Notes: a model not told the origin generated them from the letters alone. A stretch of 64,000 bases of DNA from Pseudomonadota bacterium (GCA_039799905.1 JBDLRP010000026.1:1-64000); one strand, 5' to 3'; shown: positions 1 through 10,982, counted from the first letter of the stretch. A program made the numbers and translations.

Positions 1-2
1 GC

Positions 3-329
3 GAATATTCGGTTCTGGCCACAATTCTCCGTATCAATCCACGCCAAGCGTTGATAAAACTTTACACGCCGGCGGCGCTGCCGGATTTCATGGAGGGTGT
101 GAGAATTTCGGTGACTTATGCATTTGTCAGCGCGGTTCTTGCAGAGCTTATCGGAAGCGAGTCCGGCTTGGGTGTTTATCTTTCGCGTGCCCAGTCGGCC
201 TATCGCACCGACAGGGTGTTGACCGTCGTATTGCTCATCGTTTTCTTCAGCCTGTTTTGCACTTGGCTGGTCAACTCGGTCAGCCGTAAACTTATTTTTT
301 GGAAGCCATCATCACATGCTCAAAAGTAA
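3..329 (+). CDS. ABC transporter permease, SsuC/TauC/ThiX type (5'-truncated by window edge)
   Basis: Frame open from window start; PAALPDFMEGVRIS...AELIGSESGLG motif; overlaps the binding-protein gene. Confidence 0.85.
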   Translation, partial: EYSVLATILRINPRQALIKLYTPAALPDFMEGVRISVTYAFVSAVLAELIGSESGLGVYLSRAQSAYRTDRVLTVVLLIVFFSLFCTWLVNSVSRKLIFWKPSSHAQK

Positions 330-1320
330 TTTTATTAAGCTCGCAGTTGCTTTTCTCATAGTACCTGTTCACGCGGCGGCCAAACCGGCGGCCGACAAGT
401 CTGTCAAAATCACCGTCGCGCTCGACTGGACTCCCAACACCAATCACCTTGGCCTTTACGTCGCGAAAGCCTCAGGTGCATTCAAGCGCGCGGGTCTTGA
501 TGTGCGCATGGTGCAGATGAAGCAAACCAGCACAACCCAGCTTGTTGCGGCTGGCAAGGCTGAATACGGAATCAGTTTTGTCTCCGATTTGCTGAACGCA
601 CGTTCGCAAAAAATTCCGGTCATGTCGGTCGCAGCCATCATTCAAGAGAACACGAGTTGTTTTGCTTGGCGCGAGACGGCAGGAATCACAACGGTCAAGG
701 ATTTTGAAGGCCGCAAGTACGGCGGCTGGGGCTCACCGGAAGAAGAAGCCACACTGCGCTACGTTGTCAACAAGTCGGGCGGCGATTTTTCCAAGCTGAA
801 AATGGTGACCACAGGCATCAGCGACTTTCTCCCGACAACCCGAAAGAATGCCGACTTCATGTGGATCTATATGGGCTGGGACGGCGTCAGGGCGCGTTTG
901 CAGAATGTAAAAATAAAAACGCTGTTCCTGCGCGACATCGATTCTGTCTTCAATCATCCGTCACCACTCATTATCACAGGCACCGCATACGCGAAGAACA
1001 AGCCTGAGGAAATTAAAAAATTTCTTGCCGCCGCGTCCGAGGGCTACCGGCTCGCCATTTCCAATCCCACAGAAGCCGCACGTTTGTTTCTCAAGGAAGT
1101 TCCTGAATCCGACGCAGCCTTGGTAAAGGAATCCGCGCAGTATCTTGCGGGCGAATATGCAAAGGGCGCACCGTATTGGGGATATCAGAACATCAGCCGT
1201 TTTGATGCCTACAGAACCTGGGCAAACGAGCAAAAAATTCTTTCACTCAATGAACTGTCCGCAGGCTTTGTCGACAATTCATTCCTTCCGCAAATCTCCG
1301 CAGCCGGTCGCCCACAATGA
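316..1320 (+). CDS. ABC transporter substrate-binding protein, NMT1/THI5/ThiY-like (probable pyrimidine/thiamine precursor)
   Basis: Signal peptide; LDWTPNTNHLGLYVA and YGGWGSPEE motifs. Confidence 0.85.
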   Translation: MLKSNFIKLAVAFLIVPVHAAAKPAADKSVKITVALDWTPNTNHLGLYVAKASGAFKRAGLDVRMVQMKQTSTTQLVAAGKAEYGISFVSDLLNARSQKIPVMSVAAIIQENTSCFAWRETAGITTVKDFEGRKYGGWGSPEEEATLRYVVNKSGGDFSKLKMVTTGISDFLPTTRKNADFMWIYMGWDGVRARLQNVKIKTLFLRDIDSVFNHPSPLIITGTAYAKNKPEEIKKFLAAASEGYRLAISNPTEAARLFLKEVPESDAALVKESAQYLAGEYAKGAPYWGYQNISRFDAYRTWANEQKILSLNELSAGFVDNSFLPQISAAGRPQ

Positions 1321-2066
1321 TTTCCCTGAGCGACATCGATGTTGAACTCGACGGCAGAAAAATACTCGGCGGAGTGAGTTTCACCTCCATCGCAGACGGA
1401 GTGGTCGCCATCATGGGGCCATCGGGCTGCGGTAAATCTACACTGCTCAAAGCGCTTATGGGACTGGTCAAATGCAGCGGCGGGCAAATCAAGATCGGTG
1501 AGAAAATCTGCGATGCCGCCTACTGGAACACCAAGCAGAGCATTTTCACATTGGTGCCACAGGTGCCATTGCTGCTGCCATGGCTTTCACTTCTCGACAA
1601 CATCAGACTCGCTGGCGAGTCTGATAAAGCGAAAGACGAAGTGACAAAGAAGGCAACCGACCTGCTGGAGATCGTAGGACTCTCGGAGTCTGGCCACCTT
1701 TTTCCTTGGCAGGTTTCGCAAGGCATGGCCGCACGCGCCTCACTGGCAAGAACTTTGATGATTGAAAGTCAGGTTCTTCTTCTCGACGAGCCATTTGCTG
1801 CCATCGATGCGACAACACGATTCCGTCTTCAGCAATGGCTGCTGGCAACCATCGCGAAACTCAAAATTCAGGCGATGATGGTCACACATGACCCACGCGA
1901 GGCCCTTTTGATTGCCGACAAAATCATTGTCCTGCGCGGCAGGCCTGCAAAAGTCGGAAACACCTTCGACTTGCCCGAGCGCAGCGCACGCAACAGTCCA
2001 GATTGGATTTTTGGAGAGGCGGCAGGTCAGCTTGAAAAGCAAATCCGCGCGGCACTCGACGGTTGA
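1317..2066 (+). CDS. ABC transporter ATP-binding protein
   Basis: Walker A GPSGCGKST, signature VSQGM, Walker B LLLDEPF, VTHD. Confidence 0.9.
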   Translation: MISLSDIDVELDGRKILGGVSFTSIADGVVAIMGPSGCGKSTLLKALMGLVKCSGGQIKIGEKICDAAYWNTKQSIFTLVPQVPLLLPWLSLLDNIRLAGESDKAKDEVTKKATDLLEIVGLSESGHLFPWQVSQGMAARASLARTLMIESQVLLLDEPFAAIDATTRFRLQQWLLATIAKLKIQAMMVTHDPREALLIADKIIVLRGRPAKVGNTFDLPERSARNSPDWIFGEAAGQLEKQIRAALDG

Positions 2067-2208
2067 AATTTTGTCTTCTGCTGATGTTGCTCGTAGGTTT
2101 TAAACTGATGCAATCTCCACAGACTTTGGACGGATGGCAAACGCTATCCACCCTGCGTTGTTTTTAACTTCGTGAGTGCTAATCTCCCTAAATACATGGT
2201 GAGGAATT

Positions 2209-3051
2209 GTGAAACATTGGATTTGTCTGCCACTCTGCGCATTTGCAGCTGCACTCACGGCGTCATGCCAGAAGAAAATCGAGCGAATTGACGATGCAGC
2301 CGTTCAGGCATCAAGCACAGGCGGCAATCACGTGCTCGGCAATCGTCCGTCGGGCGAATCTGTGTGTGTTCACCGTTTCGGTCCCAGCGGATATGCAGTC
2401 TCCAAATGGAATGGCTCCAGCTGCGAAAGCCAACAGCAAACTTTGCCGGCCAGCGAAGTCAGCATTTCCGGTGAGTCCTACAAGCCATGGCTGCAAGAGA
2501 TTTCGGCCGGCGGAATGATCAAATTCGACATCCGCTACTTTACGGACAAGATTTTTCCGCGCGGCGACGGAACCTACCGCATCACTCACCCCCTCTATGG
2601 CAAAGCGCGCTGCCTCCTGCATCCCAATGCCGCCTCAGCGCTCTACCGAGCCGAAAAACGCCTTCGAGCACTGCGGCCCGAATTGCGGCTCTACGTTTTT
2701 GATTGCTATCGTCCCCGTTCGGTTTCGGAACAAATGTGGAATCTGATTCGCGACCCGCGATTCGTGGCAGCCTCTGGCCGCAGTCTTCACAACAAAGGAG
2801 CGGCTGTCGACTTATCTTTGGCAAAGCTGCAGGGCACCACACCCGTTCCGCTCGACATGGGCTCAGAATTCGACTTGTTCGACGCCGAAAAAAGCCGCTA
2901 TCCTGGTGCAGTCAACCAGACACAAAGAGGCCATCGCCAAATATTGCGCGACGTCATGACCCATCCGTCGGTCGGTTTTCAGGCGTACGATGAAGAATGG
3001 TGGCATTTCAGCATGACCGGCCACAACGACTTCTTGAATGTCCCGTTGTGA
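2209..3051 (+). CDS. D-Ala-D-Ala dipeptidase (VanX/M15D family) lipoprotein
   Basis: Lipobox LTASC; FDCYRP, SLHNKGAAVDL, LDMGSEFD and EEWWHFS motifs; RBS GAGGA before GTG. Confidence 0.85.
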   Translation: MKHWICLPLCAFAAALTASCQKKIERIDDAAVQASSTGGNHVLGNRPSGESVCVHRFGPSGYAVSKWNGSSCESQQQTLPASEVSISGESYKPWLQEISAGGMIKFDIRYFTDKIFPRGDGTYRITHPLYGKARCLLHPNAASALYRAEKRLRALRPELRLYVFDCYRPRSVSEQMWNLIRDPRFVAASGRSLHNKGAAVDLSLAKLQGTTPVPLDMGSEFDLFDAEKSRYPGAVNQTQRGHRQILRDVMTHPSVGFQAYDEEWWHFSMTGHNDFLNVPL

Positions 3052-3391
3052 CTTCCATTCGCTCCCTGCGAACATACGCTTCTCATCAAGTCAAAACAAA
3101 CGCTTTGCCTGAATCATGTTTGGATTACTCCGACACAGGCTTCGTCGCTTCACCTGATATCTAAATGCGGTATTGTTTAATTCTTATAATACCTTTTATT
3201 TATATTTAAAAATTTAAGCCGAAGATCTCGCTCGCGGCTCTTAATCGCTAAATATGCTCTTGCTTAGTCAGTCGGATTTCTATGTAGCGAGGAAAATCTC
3301 GCCGACACAACTCTTGACGCTGCGTATCCTCTGCAAAACCTGAAAAACAACCGAATAAGCAACATGGGAGTTTGAACTCTGGGAGACCCAA

Positions 3392-5899
3392 TTGAAACGA
3401 TTCGGTGGAATCGCCATTTGCAAATATGCCTGCATAAAAGTGCTGTTGAGCATCACAATGCTCTTCGGTTCGACCTATGTTGCTTTTGCAAAATCCCAAG
3501 CAATTCCCGTCCTGTTCGAGTACACTTTCCAGGACGGTTCCGTTAAGCAACCAGATCAGATTCCATCAGACGCGCAGTGGAAATCACTCGACCCGGAAAA
3601 GAAAGGCTTGAAGAAAAACGGTGACCAAGTCCTGTGGATGAGAGCAACAGTTTCGGAGGCTCACCGTTACCGCGACCCGGTCATTCAGTTTTACCGCCTC
3701 CAGGAAAAATTTTCATTTTTTGTCGATGGAAAGAAAATCACATCGTTTGGAGAGGGAACAAGTTACGCAGGCTTGCCAGTTCATCTCATCGAAATTCCAA
3801 AGCCTGGCGAGGCATTTACTGGATTTTTCCGTGTCGAATCCAGCCTCCCCCTGATTGGCCCCCGCGGCGGCGTTTATCTGGGCTCGCGGGCGGACTTCAT
3901 TGAAGAGCTGATTACAGGCGACATGACCGACTTGTTCATAGTCTGTGTTCTCTGCCTGATTGGCCTGGCCGGTCTTGCACTCTTTACAGCCTATCCGAGC
4001 GTGAAGACCTATCTCTTCCTGGGCGGCTTTGCAGTCACATCTGGACTCTACTTCGTTGGCAGGATGCCGAGCAAGATTATCTTTGGACTGGACCCCGTCT
4101 GGACTGGCTATCTTGGGCTTTGGGGACTCTTTGCAACTCCACTCTTTTTCGTCGGATTTTTTCGTGAGATATTCTCGATAGAAGACTCAAAATTTTTCAG
4201 AGGCATCTCGCTGGTTGCGGGACTTTTTCTCTGCATGACAACAATTCTTTCATTCTTCACTCCTTCCGGTCCACTCGATTTTCTGATTCCTTTCTACCCT
4301 GTCGCTTCCTTTATTTACGTCTCAACAATCATTTATGCCGCTACAAAATTAAGAAAGCACCCGTATGTAAGAACGTTCTATTTCGGTTTTTGCATTTTGT
4401 TTATGTCCGGCATCTGGGAAATAGCACGAGAATTTCGCATATTTAGTGCAAACATCCCCATGCTCACTTGGGGTTTTCTATGTTTTGCGCTGTCACTTGT
4501 TGTCATGCAGGGACAATATTTCTCTGCACTGTTCAAACTGTCCAAAAAGAATGAACGACTTGCGGATGATGCACGGCTCCGGCTTGAGAGAGTTCTTGAC
4601 TGCACCCGTAATTTGGCGCGCACGAGAAATTATAAAGAACTCATTCGTGTGGTTGCTGATGCACTTCTGGCTGAACTGAAAATTTCAAATCAAGATGTCA
4701 GCGTCGACTTCTTCATGCCATCTACGCGCCACGTCGAAGACTCATCAACCATTCATCAATTCACGTACATCGTGTCTCAGAAAAATAACTCGACGTTTCT
4801 CTACGAAGTTTCGCCTGACACTGAAAGACAGAAAACGGGTGAGACAGGTTCTGCCATAGAGCTTGAAAAATTATCATCGCTTCCCGGGATTGAAAACGCT
4901 GCTGCGCACAGTCATTTCCCGAATGACACATCACCAGCCTCGGTATTGACCATCCCGCTGCACGCAGGATCGTTTATGGGCGCAGTCATCATTCGCAAGT
5001 ATTCAGACGGAACATTTGAGAACTACGATTTCGCGTTGCTCAGCAAATTTGTCAACTCCATGTCCGCATCGCTTCTGATTGCTCTGCAAAATTTGGGATA
5101 TGTTGAAGAGGTAAAAGAGAAAGTCGCAATGGAAAGTGAACTCGATGCTGCGGTCAGTCTACAGGCGGCGCTGCTTCCCGATCCGCCCGAAATTCCGGAC
5201 GTGATTTACTCAGCCTATTGCAAGAGCGCAGGCAAGACAGGAGGCGATTGGCACGGCTACCATCACTGCGAACAAACGAATCGTCTATTTTTGACTATCG
5301 GAGATGTAACGGGGCATGACTTTGCAGCCTCGATCATGACAGGACTTGCAGCCGGAGCTGTCAAAGCCTGGCAGGAGAATGACTCAATAAGATTTGACGA
5401 CGCAGCTCGTGCACTCGAAAATCTTGCACAATTGATCAATAAGGTATTCTGTTCTTCAAACCGGGGTTTGAAGTTCATGAGTATGACTTTTGCCTGTATT
5501 GAACTGACAGATGGTAAGCTGCATTTGGTGAACGCGGGCCATCCACACCCGATTCATTTTTCTGCGAATGATCAGCCTAAAACACTTCCTGTTTCAGGAA
5601 ATCTGCTTGGTCAGAATGTACTTTCACAATTCGCTTCAGAAACCCTCCAGCTAAACATCGGTGACACGGTTTTCTTTTATACGGATGGTCTGTTTGAGAA
5701 TCAGAACAAAAATGGCCAAACACTGTCACGACGGAGTCTGTTCAGAAGTCTCTCCGATAAAAGACTCGCAAATGAAATGATTGATGGAATCCTCGAGTGC
5801 GCGCAAAAAGTCTGGGGAGACGCTCCTCCAGAGGACGACGTCACTTTTCTTGCCATCACATGGAAACCAAGAGCCGCAACAGCCGGAAACGCTGCATAA
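3392..5899 (+). CDS. Membrane sensor PP2C/SpoIIE-family Ser/Thr phosphatase (extracellular domain, ~7 TM, GAF-like region, SpoIIE)
   Basis: GGDWH, IGDVTGHD, NAGHPHP, FYTDGLFE and EDDVT motifs; multiple hydrophobic helices. Confidence 0.88.
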   Translation: MKRFGGIAICKYACIKVLLSITMLFGSTYVAFAKSQAIPVLFEYTFQDGSVKQPDQIPSDAQWKSLDPEKKGLKKNGDQVLWMRATVSEAHRYRDPVIQFYRLQEKFSFFVDGKKITSFGEGTSYAGLPVHLIEIPKPGEAFTGFFRVESSLPLIGPRGGVYLGSRADFIEELITGDMTDLFIVCVLCLIGLAGLALFTAYPSVKTYLFLGGFAVTSGLYFVGRMPSKIIFGLDPVWTGYLGLWGLFATPLFFVGFFREIFSIEDSKFFRGISLVAGLFLCMTTILSFFTPSGPLDFLIPFYPVASFIYVSTIIYAATKLRKHPYVRTFYFGFCILFMSGIWEIAREFRIFSANIPMLTWGFLCFALSLVVMQGQYFSALFKLSKKNERLADDARLRLERVLDCTRNLARTRNYKELIRVVADALLAELKISNQDVSVDFFMPSTRHVEDSSTIHQFTYIVSQKNNSTFLYEVSPDTERQKTGETGSAIELEKLSSLPGIENAAAHSHFPNDTSPASVLTIPLHAGSFMGAVIIRKYSDGTFENYDFALLSKFVNSMSASLLIALQNLGYVEEVKEKVAMESELDAAVSLQAALLPDPPEIPDVIYSAYCKSAGKTGGDWHGYHHCEQTNRLFLTIGDVTGHDFAASIMTGLAAGAVKAWQENDSIRFDDAARALENLAQLINKVFCSSNRGLKFMSMTFACIELTDGKLHLVNAGHPHPIHFSANDQPKTLPVSGNLLGQNVLSQFASETLQLNIGDTVFFYTDGLFENQNKNGQTLSRRSLFRSLSDKRLANEMIDGILECAQKVWGDAPPEDDVTFLAITWKPRAATAGNAA

Positions 5900-5907
5900 C
5901 GACTCCA

Positions 5908-6861
5908 TCAGGGCTGGCCGACCGTCGGATTCTTGTGCAATGGATCGGGCGTGGCGCAAAGAGCATCAATGCCTCCCGCCTGAGTGATCGCGCACGAGAC
6001 TGCTGCATTGCTCATATGCCACTTAGGATCGAGCTGACAAAGCCTCGCAATGGGATGGTTCGGTTCAAAGCTCGTTGCGCCGGGGAGCAGAGCTTCGCCC
6101 GCGGTTGAAACTCCTGCCTTCAGGCCACTTGTTGTTGGATTGCAAAACTTTCTCCATGTACAAATCGCATCTTTCAAACTCAGGCTATAAAGGTAGTTAT
6201 TCTTGGCCCTGCTCCCGGGAACAACCAAAGCACCATCCGGATCGGCTGCTCTTACATAGACTCTTCTGTAGTCCACTTTTGACGAGTATGTCAGTCCGCC
6301 AGACGTTGTCACATAGGGCGGCAACTGAATCGCATTGATGTTTCCCGGCTTCATAATGATGCTTTTCACAATAGTCGCACCACCCGTGAGAGTGTTATAT
6401 GTTGACACTTCTCCTGTAGCACTCTGACACAGATGTTTGTATGGCAATTGTGCAACCCCTGACTGGAGCTCTCCGATGATATGGAGTCGCTTTCCAGTAC
6501 AGTACTGAGCCTGATACGCAGCGGGAAACTGCGTCGTCCTGAAGTCCGTAACGAGTACTTTTGAACGAGTCGTCAGCTTCCATCCCTGACAATGGCCTGA
6601 ATTGCACGCATCCGGATTCCATTGGTTCGTTGGGGTAAGCCCTTCAAAGTTCGCAAGACACCGTTCCAAATATTGCGATGACAGAGCGGCACTGCATGTT
6701 CCTGCTCCACCAGCCGGAGCAGCGCACGGGTCCATGTAAGCACTTCCGATATTTCCGGTGATTGATCCTGCATTTGCAAGCGAAGGAATCAGCCCGACTA
6801 AAAACAATGCCTGTGCGCAGTGAAAAACACAGCCCATCTTGTTCAAGTGGTCACTCATCAT
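5908..6861 (-). CDS. Secreted Cys-rich hypothetical protein
   Basis: Long ORF directly downstream of the protease; RBS GAGGGAG; signal-like segment ending SLANA; many Cys; start uncertain. Confidence 0.6.
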   Translation of the reverse strand: MMSDHLNKMGCVFHCAQALFLVGLIPSLANAGSITGNIGSAYMDPCAAPAGGAGTCSAALSSQYLERCLANFEGLTPTNQWNPDACNSGHCQGWKLTTRSKVLVTDFRTTQFPAAYQAQYCTGKRLHIIGELQSGVAQLPYKHLCQSATGEVSTYNTLTGGATIVKSIIMKPGNINAIQLPPYVTTSGGLTYSSKVDYRRVYVRAADPDGALVVPGSRAKNNYLYSLSLKDAICTWRKFCNPTTSGLKAGVSTAGEALLPGATSFEPNHPIARLCQLDPKWHMSNAAVSCAITQAGGIDALCATPDPLHKNPTVGQP

Positions 6862-6915
6862 GTCATTCTCCCTCGGTATCTTCAGGCGAACTCCAAAAAA
6901 TCGTTTCGAATGCAA

Positions 6916-8079
6916 TTACGGAAGCGGCACGAAAAGTCCGGCAGGAAAATTGGCCATCCTTGTGTTGAACTCACCAGACCGTCTCGGCCCGTCGTTCACA
7001 TTTGCAAGGAATGAGAAACCAGTGCCCAACTGCTTCGTATCTGGCAGCGACGCGAGCATTTGCGCAACAACTCTACGATGCATAGTAGGAGTGCATTGAA
7101 TTTTTGTACCCAGGTTCACCGTCGCACCGCGAGCAGAATTGACCCCGAGCAGGCACTGACTTCCGTTCGCGCGTGTTAGAAAGACTCCTCCACCGGAATC
7201 GCCGCCCTCTGTGCAATCCTTCACCGGATCCAAAGCCTCAGAGACAAATTCCATGGCAGTTGACACCGTTGTCTGGCTGAAGGTCGGCGAGCTAAAATTC
7301 CACACCGCAGGCTTGCTTGAAGTCATACTCAGCAAAGTTGTTGGTCGGTTAATCACCTGAGTGATTTTTGCTTTGTATTCACCCCAACCGAGGTAATACC
7401 CTACCGGGTTGGTTTTATATGTCAGTTTGATTCCCGTCACAGTGATCTGCTGGCCGACAGCAGGAACCTCGGTGCACAGCGGAATGACCGATGGTGACGG
7501 AGCGTTCCAGTCGTAAAGGAAACCAACATCGGCAGAACGAATCGAAGTTGAATGGGAAATATTGGCTGATGTGTTGACCGCACCGTAGTTGGGATTCGCA
7601 GTGTAATTGCCGTAGGCTGGAAACAAAGGAAGATGATGAGAAGCAGACATGTGGCCATAAAAGACTCTGCGAAGTCCTGTGTCGTAGGGCAACGTGGTAT
7701 TTGGGTGGAATGCAGTCATGATGTACTCGCCCGCGTTATTCAGGAGCTCTACGCAGTGCGATGCTGTTACAATGGTGTTTGCACCGACAGCCACTCCGGA
7801 ACAGAACCTGTCTCCGCCGTTGGTCAAATTGCCGGAATTGCCGTTCATTTGAAACCGCTGCCGAACAGCTCTCATGTATTTAATAAGAGGACTCGTGGAG
7901 TTCATGTTGGTGCCACCCACGATACCCAAGGAGCCAACCTCTTCATCTTGTCGTGGCAGAATGCTTTCGTCTTCCTGAACATCAAGACGATTGGAATTCG
8001 CAGTTCCACACCCTCCAAGGGAAATTGATGCTGCTACAGCTAAAATGACTGAGCGCAAAAGAATTCTAGACTGGCTCAT
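6916..8079 (-). CDS. Trypsin-like (S1) serine protease lipoprotein
   Basis: Lipobox LGGC; IVGG mature N-terminus; TASHC, ADVG and GDSGGG triad motifs; RBS GGAGG. Confidence 0.85.
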   Translation of the reverse strand: MSQSRILLRSVILAVAASISLGGCGTANSNRLDVQEDESILPRQDEEVGSLGIVGGTNMNSTSPLIKYMRAVRQRFQMNGNSGNLTNGGDRFCSGVAVGANTIVTASHCVELLNNAGEYIMTAFHPNTTLPYDTGLRRVFYGHMSASHHLPLFPAYGNYTANPNYGAVNTSANISHSTSIRSADVGFLYDWNAPSPSVIPLCTEVPAVGQQITVTGIKLTYKTNPVGYYLGWGEYKAKITQVINRPTTLLSMTSSKPAVWNFSSPTFSQTTVSTAMEFVSEALDPVKDCTEGGDSGGGVFLTRANGSQCLLGVNSARGATVNLGTKIQCTPTMHRRVVAQMLASLPDTKQLGTGFSFLANVNDGPRRSGEFNTRMANFPAGLFVPLP

Positions 8080-8982
8080 ACTGCGTTCCTCCGCTACAGT
8101 TTATAATCGCCAGAAGACCCGAAATTATTATTAATAATTTTTTTTCTAACAGTTTCGGGGGCTTTTCCACATTCTCAAATACGCATGTCAGTGGAATCAA
8201 TTACGACTCAAAATGGAAATTTTTTTGTGCCCACTGGCATGACGACTGCTCCAGCCTGACATTCATGAAGATTTATTGGCACTCGCCGAGCACAGGCTTG
8301 AGAAGAATCTAGGCTCATGGCGACTTCAGGAAACTCTGAAATCTGACAGACGAGACAAGCAAAGAATCCGAGGCGAGGGAACTGATGCCTTGGGTGTTGG
8401 CGCGAAATCAGAAGTGTCACTCAATTCAATTCGCAATTTTCGGCTGGACTCACCCTTGGCATCCTGCACTGTTGCAAATTTCCTTCTCAGGTTTGCATCC
8501 GACAGGGAATCTTTTTCACGGATTAGAAGAAATAGTTCAGTTTGATGGTTAATGCCGATTTGTCGGTTGAGTTGTCGCACACAAGAAAGCTATGCGTTCC
8601 GGATGCTGTTCATAAATAATCGACCGGCTTGTTCGAGACCCGCTTCATATTGAGCGGCCGTTGTCCTCTGTTAGAAGATAAATTAACGAATGTAATATTT
8701 CCGAAGTGTATACTTCAAGTGTTTTTAGATTGTGGTCCGCGCCTGTTCATCGTTGTTGGATCCGCGGCACTATATGAAAGGCAGGAGTTCTTTGCCGGAA
8801 AATGCATCTAAGGCCCTCTTGCAGACACAAGACCTTCCGCAACCTTAAATGAATGTAATGGCCAGACTGTGAGCCACTCCCGACCAAGTCAGACCTGCCC
8901 CGAGGATGAAGACTGCCGTGCGTAAATTTAAAGTCATATGAACAGACCGAGCGTTGAGGCGCCTGCCTGCCTCAGCGGCAGG

Positions 8983-9237
8983 TCAAGCACTTTTACTATG
9001 ATCCTTTTTGCCCTTTACCTCATCATCAACCAAACGGCCTCCTTCCACTTCCATCTCTTCTTGATTCTCCGACAGGGTCTGTTCTACATCCGTTTCTTCG
9101 CCTTTTGGTGCTGTTTTCCTATGAATAGCTGCCTTTACTTTTTCAATCTGCTGGTCTGTAAATGTCTCAACCTTTTTAAGAATTTCGTTTCTTATTTCAG
9201 ACCATTCTTTTTCTTCAGTAGGCTTTGTATCCGTCAT
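8983..9237 (-). CDS. Small acidic/charged hypothetical protein
   Basis: Strong RBS AAAAGGAG 5 nt before ATG; protein-like helical composition. Confidence 0.55.
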   Translation of the reverse strand: MTDTKPTEEKEWSEIRNEILKKVETFTDQQIEKVKAAIHRKTAPKGEETDVEQTLSENQEEMEVEGGRLVDDEVKGKKDHSKSA

Positions 9238-9591
9238 ATAATCTCCTTTTAAAGATTAATTCAGAACCACTGACAATAATGCAGAGCAATTTTTCCCGCA
9301 CGTGCATTTTTTAATCTCTCAGTTCAATCATTTTGATTCAACTTTATTTTAATATTTTTGGGAAATATTCCTGCACGCCAATGAGTATTTGCGAGGAGTT
9401 TGGCCGCCACACAACCTCTCTGACAGCACCCCCTTGAATACGAACCAATCGGCTTCGAGGGAGTGTTTCCTTGAAATGTCTGCACTGAACAAAGCAACTT
9501 CGGTCTGAATTAAACCTTCTCGAGATTTCGAGAGCCGATGTAAATGGAGGCGACAACACTCGAAGGTTCCACCCATCGCTTGCAGACCAAG

Positions 9592-9628
9592 TGTCGAATG
9601 CTCATTCGAGAAAAATCTTAAAATTTGG
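9592..9628. repeat. Copy 1 of a ~37-bp dispersed repeat with palindromic core TCGAATG-CT-CATTCGA
   Basis: 21-nt exact match (gaatgctcattcgagaaaaat) with 16936-16956. Confidence 0.75.
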
Positions 9629-9843
9629 CAATTATTTTTTCTTCTCATATTTTTTCAAAATATTACATCACGCCCAATTTCCGAATTCTCGTAAACAGTT
9701 CAGTGCTTCCTCCCAGTACCTTCCGCAATTGGTCATCCATCCATTCGTCAAACTCGATCAACAAAATCATTTCCTGCTCAATGTTTTTTGGGGACATTCC
9801 GGCATGCTGAAGAAGCTGTCAGACTGAGTGCTTCCCGACGGCA

Positions 9844-10222
9844 TCAGAGCAGACTCACCCGTCTGAAAAATCTTAATGCCGTATCCATATCTTCGATTTC
9901 AGCGCGACTGAGTCCGTTTTCGTCTGCCACGTTGCGCCACTTTTGGATTGCATTTTTTGATCCCTCGAAGTCTTTCAACAGCTTGGTGCGGTTGGATTCG
10001 GAAATTATTGGCGCTGAAGAGGACGAGCTCAAGGCTATGGGAATTGTCGTTTTCAGAAATGTTTAGTTTGAGCCCATCTCCATCGGGTTTCGGGTTTAAA
10101 TCATATGGAGGAGCGATTTCCCAGCTGGATTGATTGACCAGAAACCCATGGTTGCACAGGAAGTCATCAGCATTGGAAACTAAAATATTAAAGACAGTGC
10201 GTGGCTAGAGTTCTCGCAAATC
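9844..10222 (-). pseudogene. hipA: HipA-family toxin kinase C-terminal remnant
   Basis: Manual translation DLREL*PRTVFNILVSNADDFLCNHGFLVNQSSWEIAPPYDLNP...LKLNISENDNS matches HipA LWRRIVFNILVSNTDDHLRNHGFL..WRLSPAYDLNP. In-frame TAG at 10205-10207; frameshift in the A6 run at 9953-9958. Confidence 0.85.
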
Positions 10223-10982
10223 GTAATCCGGATGCGAGCCATACCTTTGCTGCAGTTCAACAAGTTACAGATAGCTGACGCCTGCCGATGCGTCATCGCC
10301 ATCGGATTGGCCCAAGGCTGTCACGGCTGACATAAAGAAAAGGTTTATCCCTTTTGAGGGCTGTCGAATCTTTTTACCAAGAAGGTGTGGTGAGTGCTGG
10401 TTAACTGTCCGACTCGAGCTTCAGCCAGAAAATTTTCTGACTCTTTTACGAGTTGATGAACGACCATTTCCCATGCACCAACAATCGTGACATTATTTCT
10501 TGCAGGATAGAGAGCTCACCATCAGGCTCTTTCAACAGTTGGCAGATAGATCATCCCATATTGCATCAGGCCGCGAATATGCGAAAAGCTTATGATGTTT
10601 TCGCAGCAGGTGCCCGCACTGCAGAGCGCTACAGGTCATTCAAAGCCTTCGACCGTCGCCAAATGCTGGTTGAAGGCAGTTCTGATATCCTCACCCCGAA
10701 ACTCTCTTGAAAAAAATTCAAGATGAAGTCAACAAGCGGACGAACGTCATTCACTTTGTGTCAGCATTTTTGATCTCATGAACTTTGATTTTGAGATTCT
10801 TGAACCTGACTCGGCTCTGAGTGTAAGACTTATACCAGAGCTAAAGAAATCTGAGGGTTCCTCTGCAAGCAAAGAAGCTATTCAACACAAGAGAGACATT
10901 TTTAAGACGAATAAATACCTCATCACAAATTGAGTAGATCAATTATGATGGACTCATGTTACGTACATTTGTAACGTGATAA

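Noticed and set aside
9344..9560. Possible AbiEii nucleotidyltransferase remnant (WFVFKG/G across a G-run)
   Set aside because: Only a short motif; the downstream RxSxDLD motif is absent
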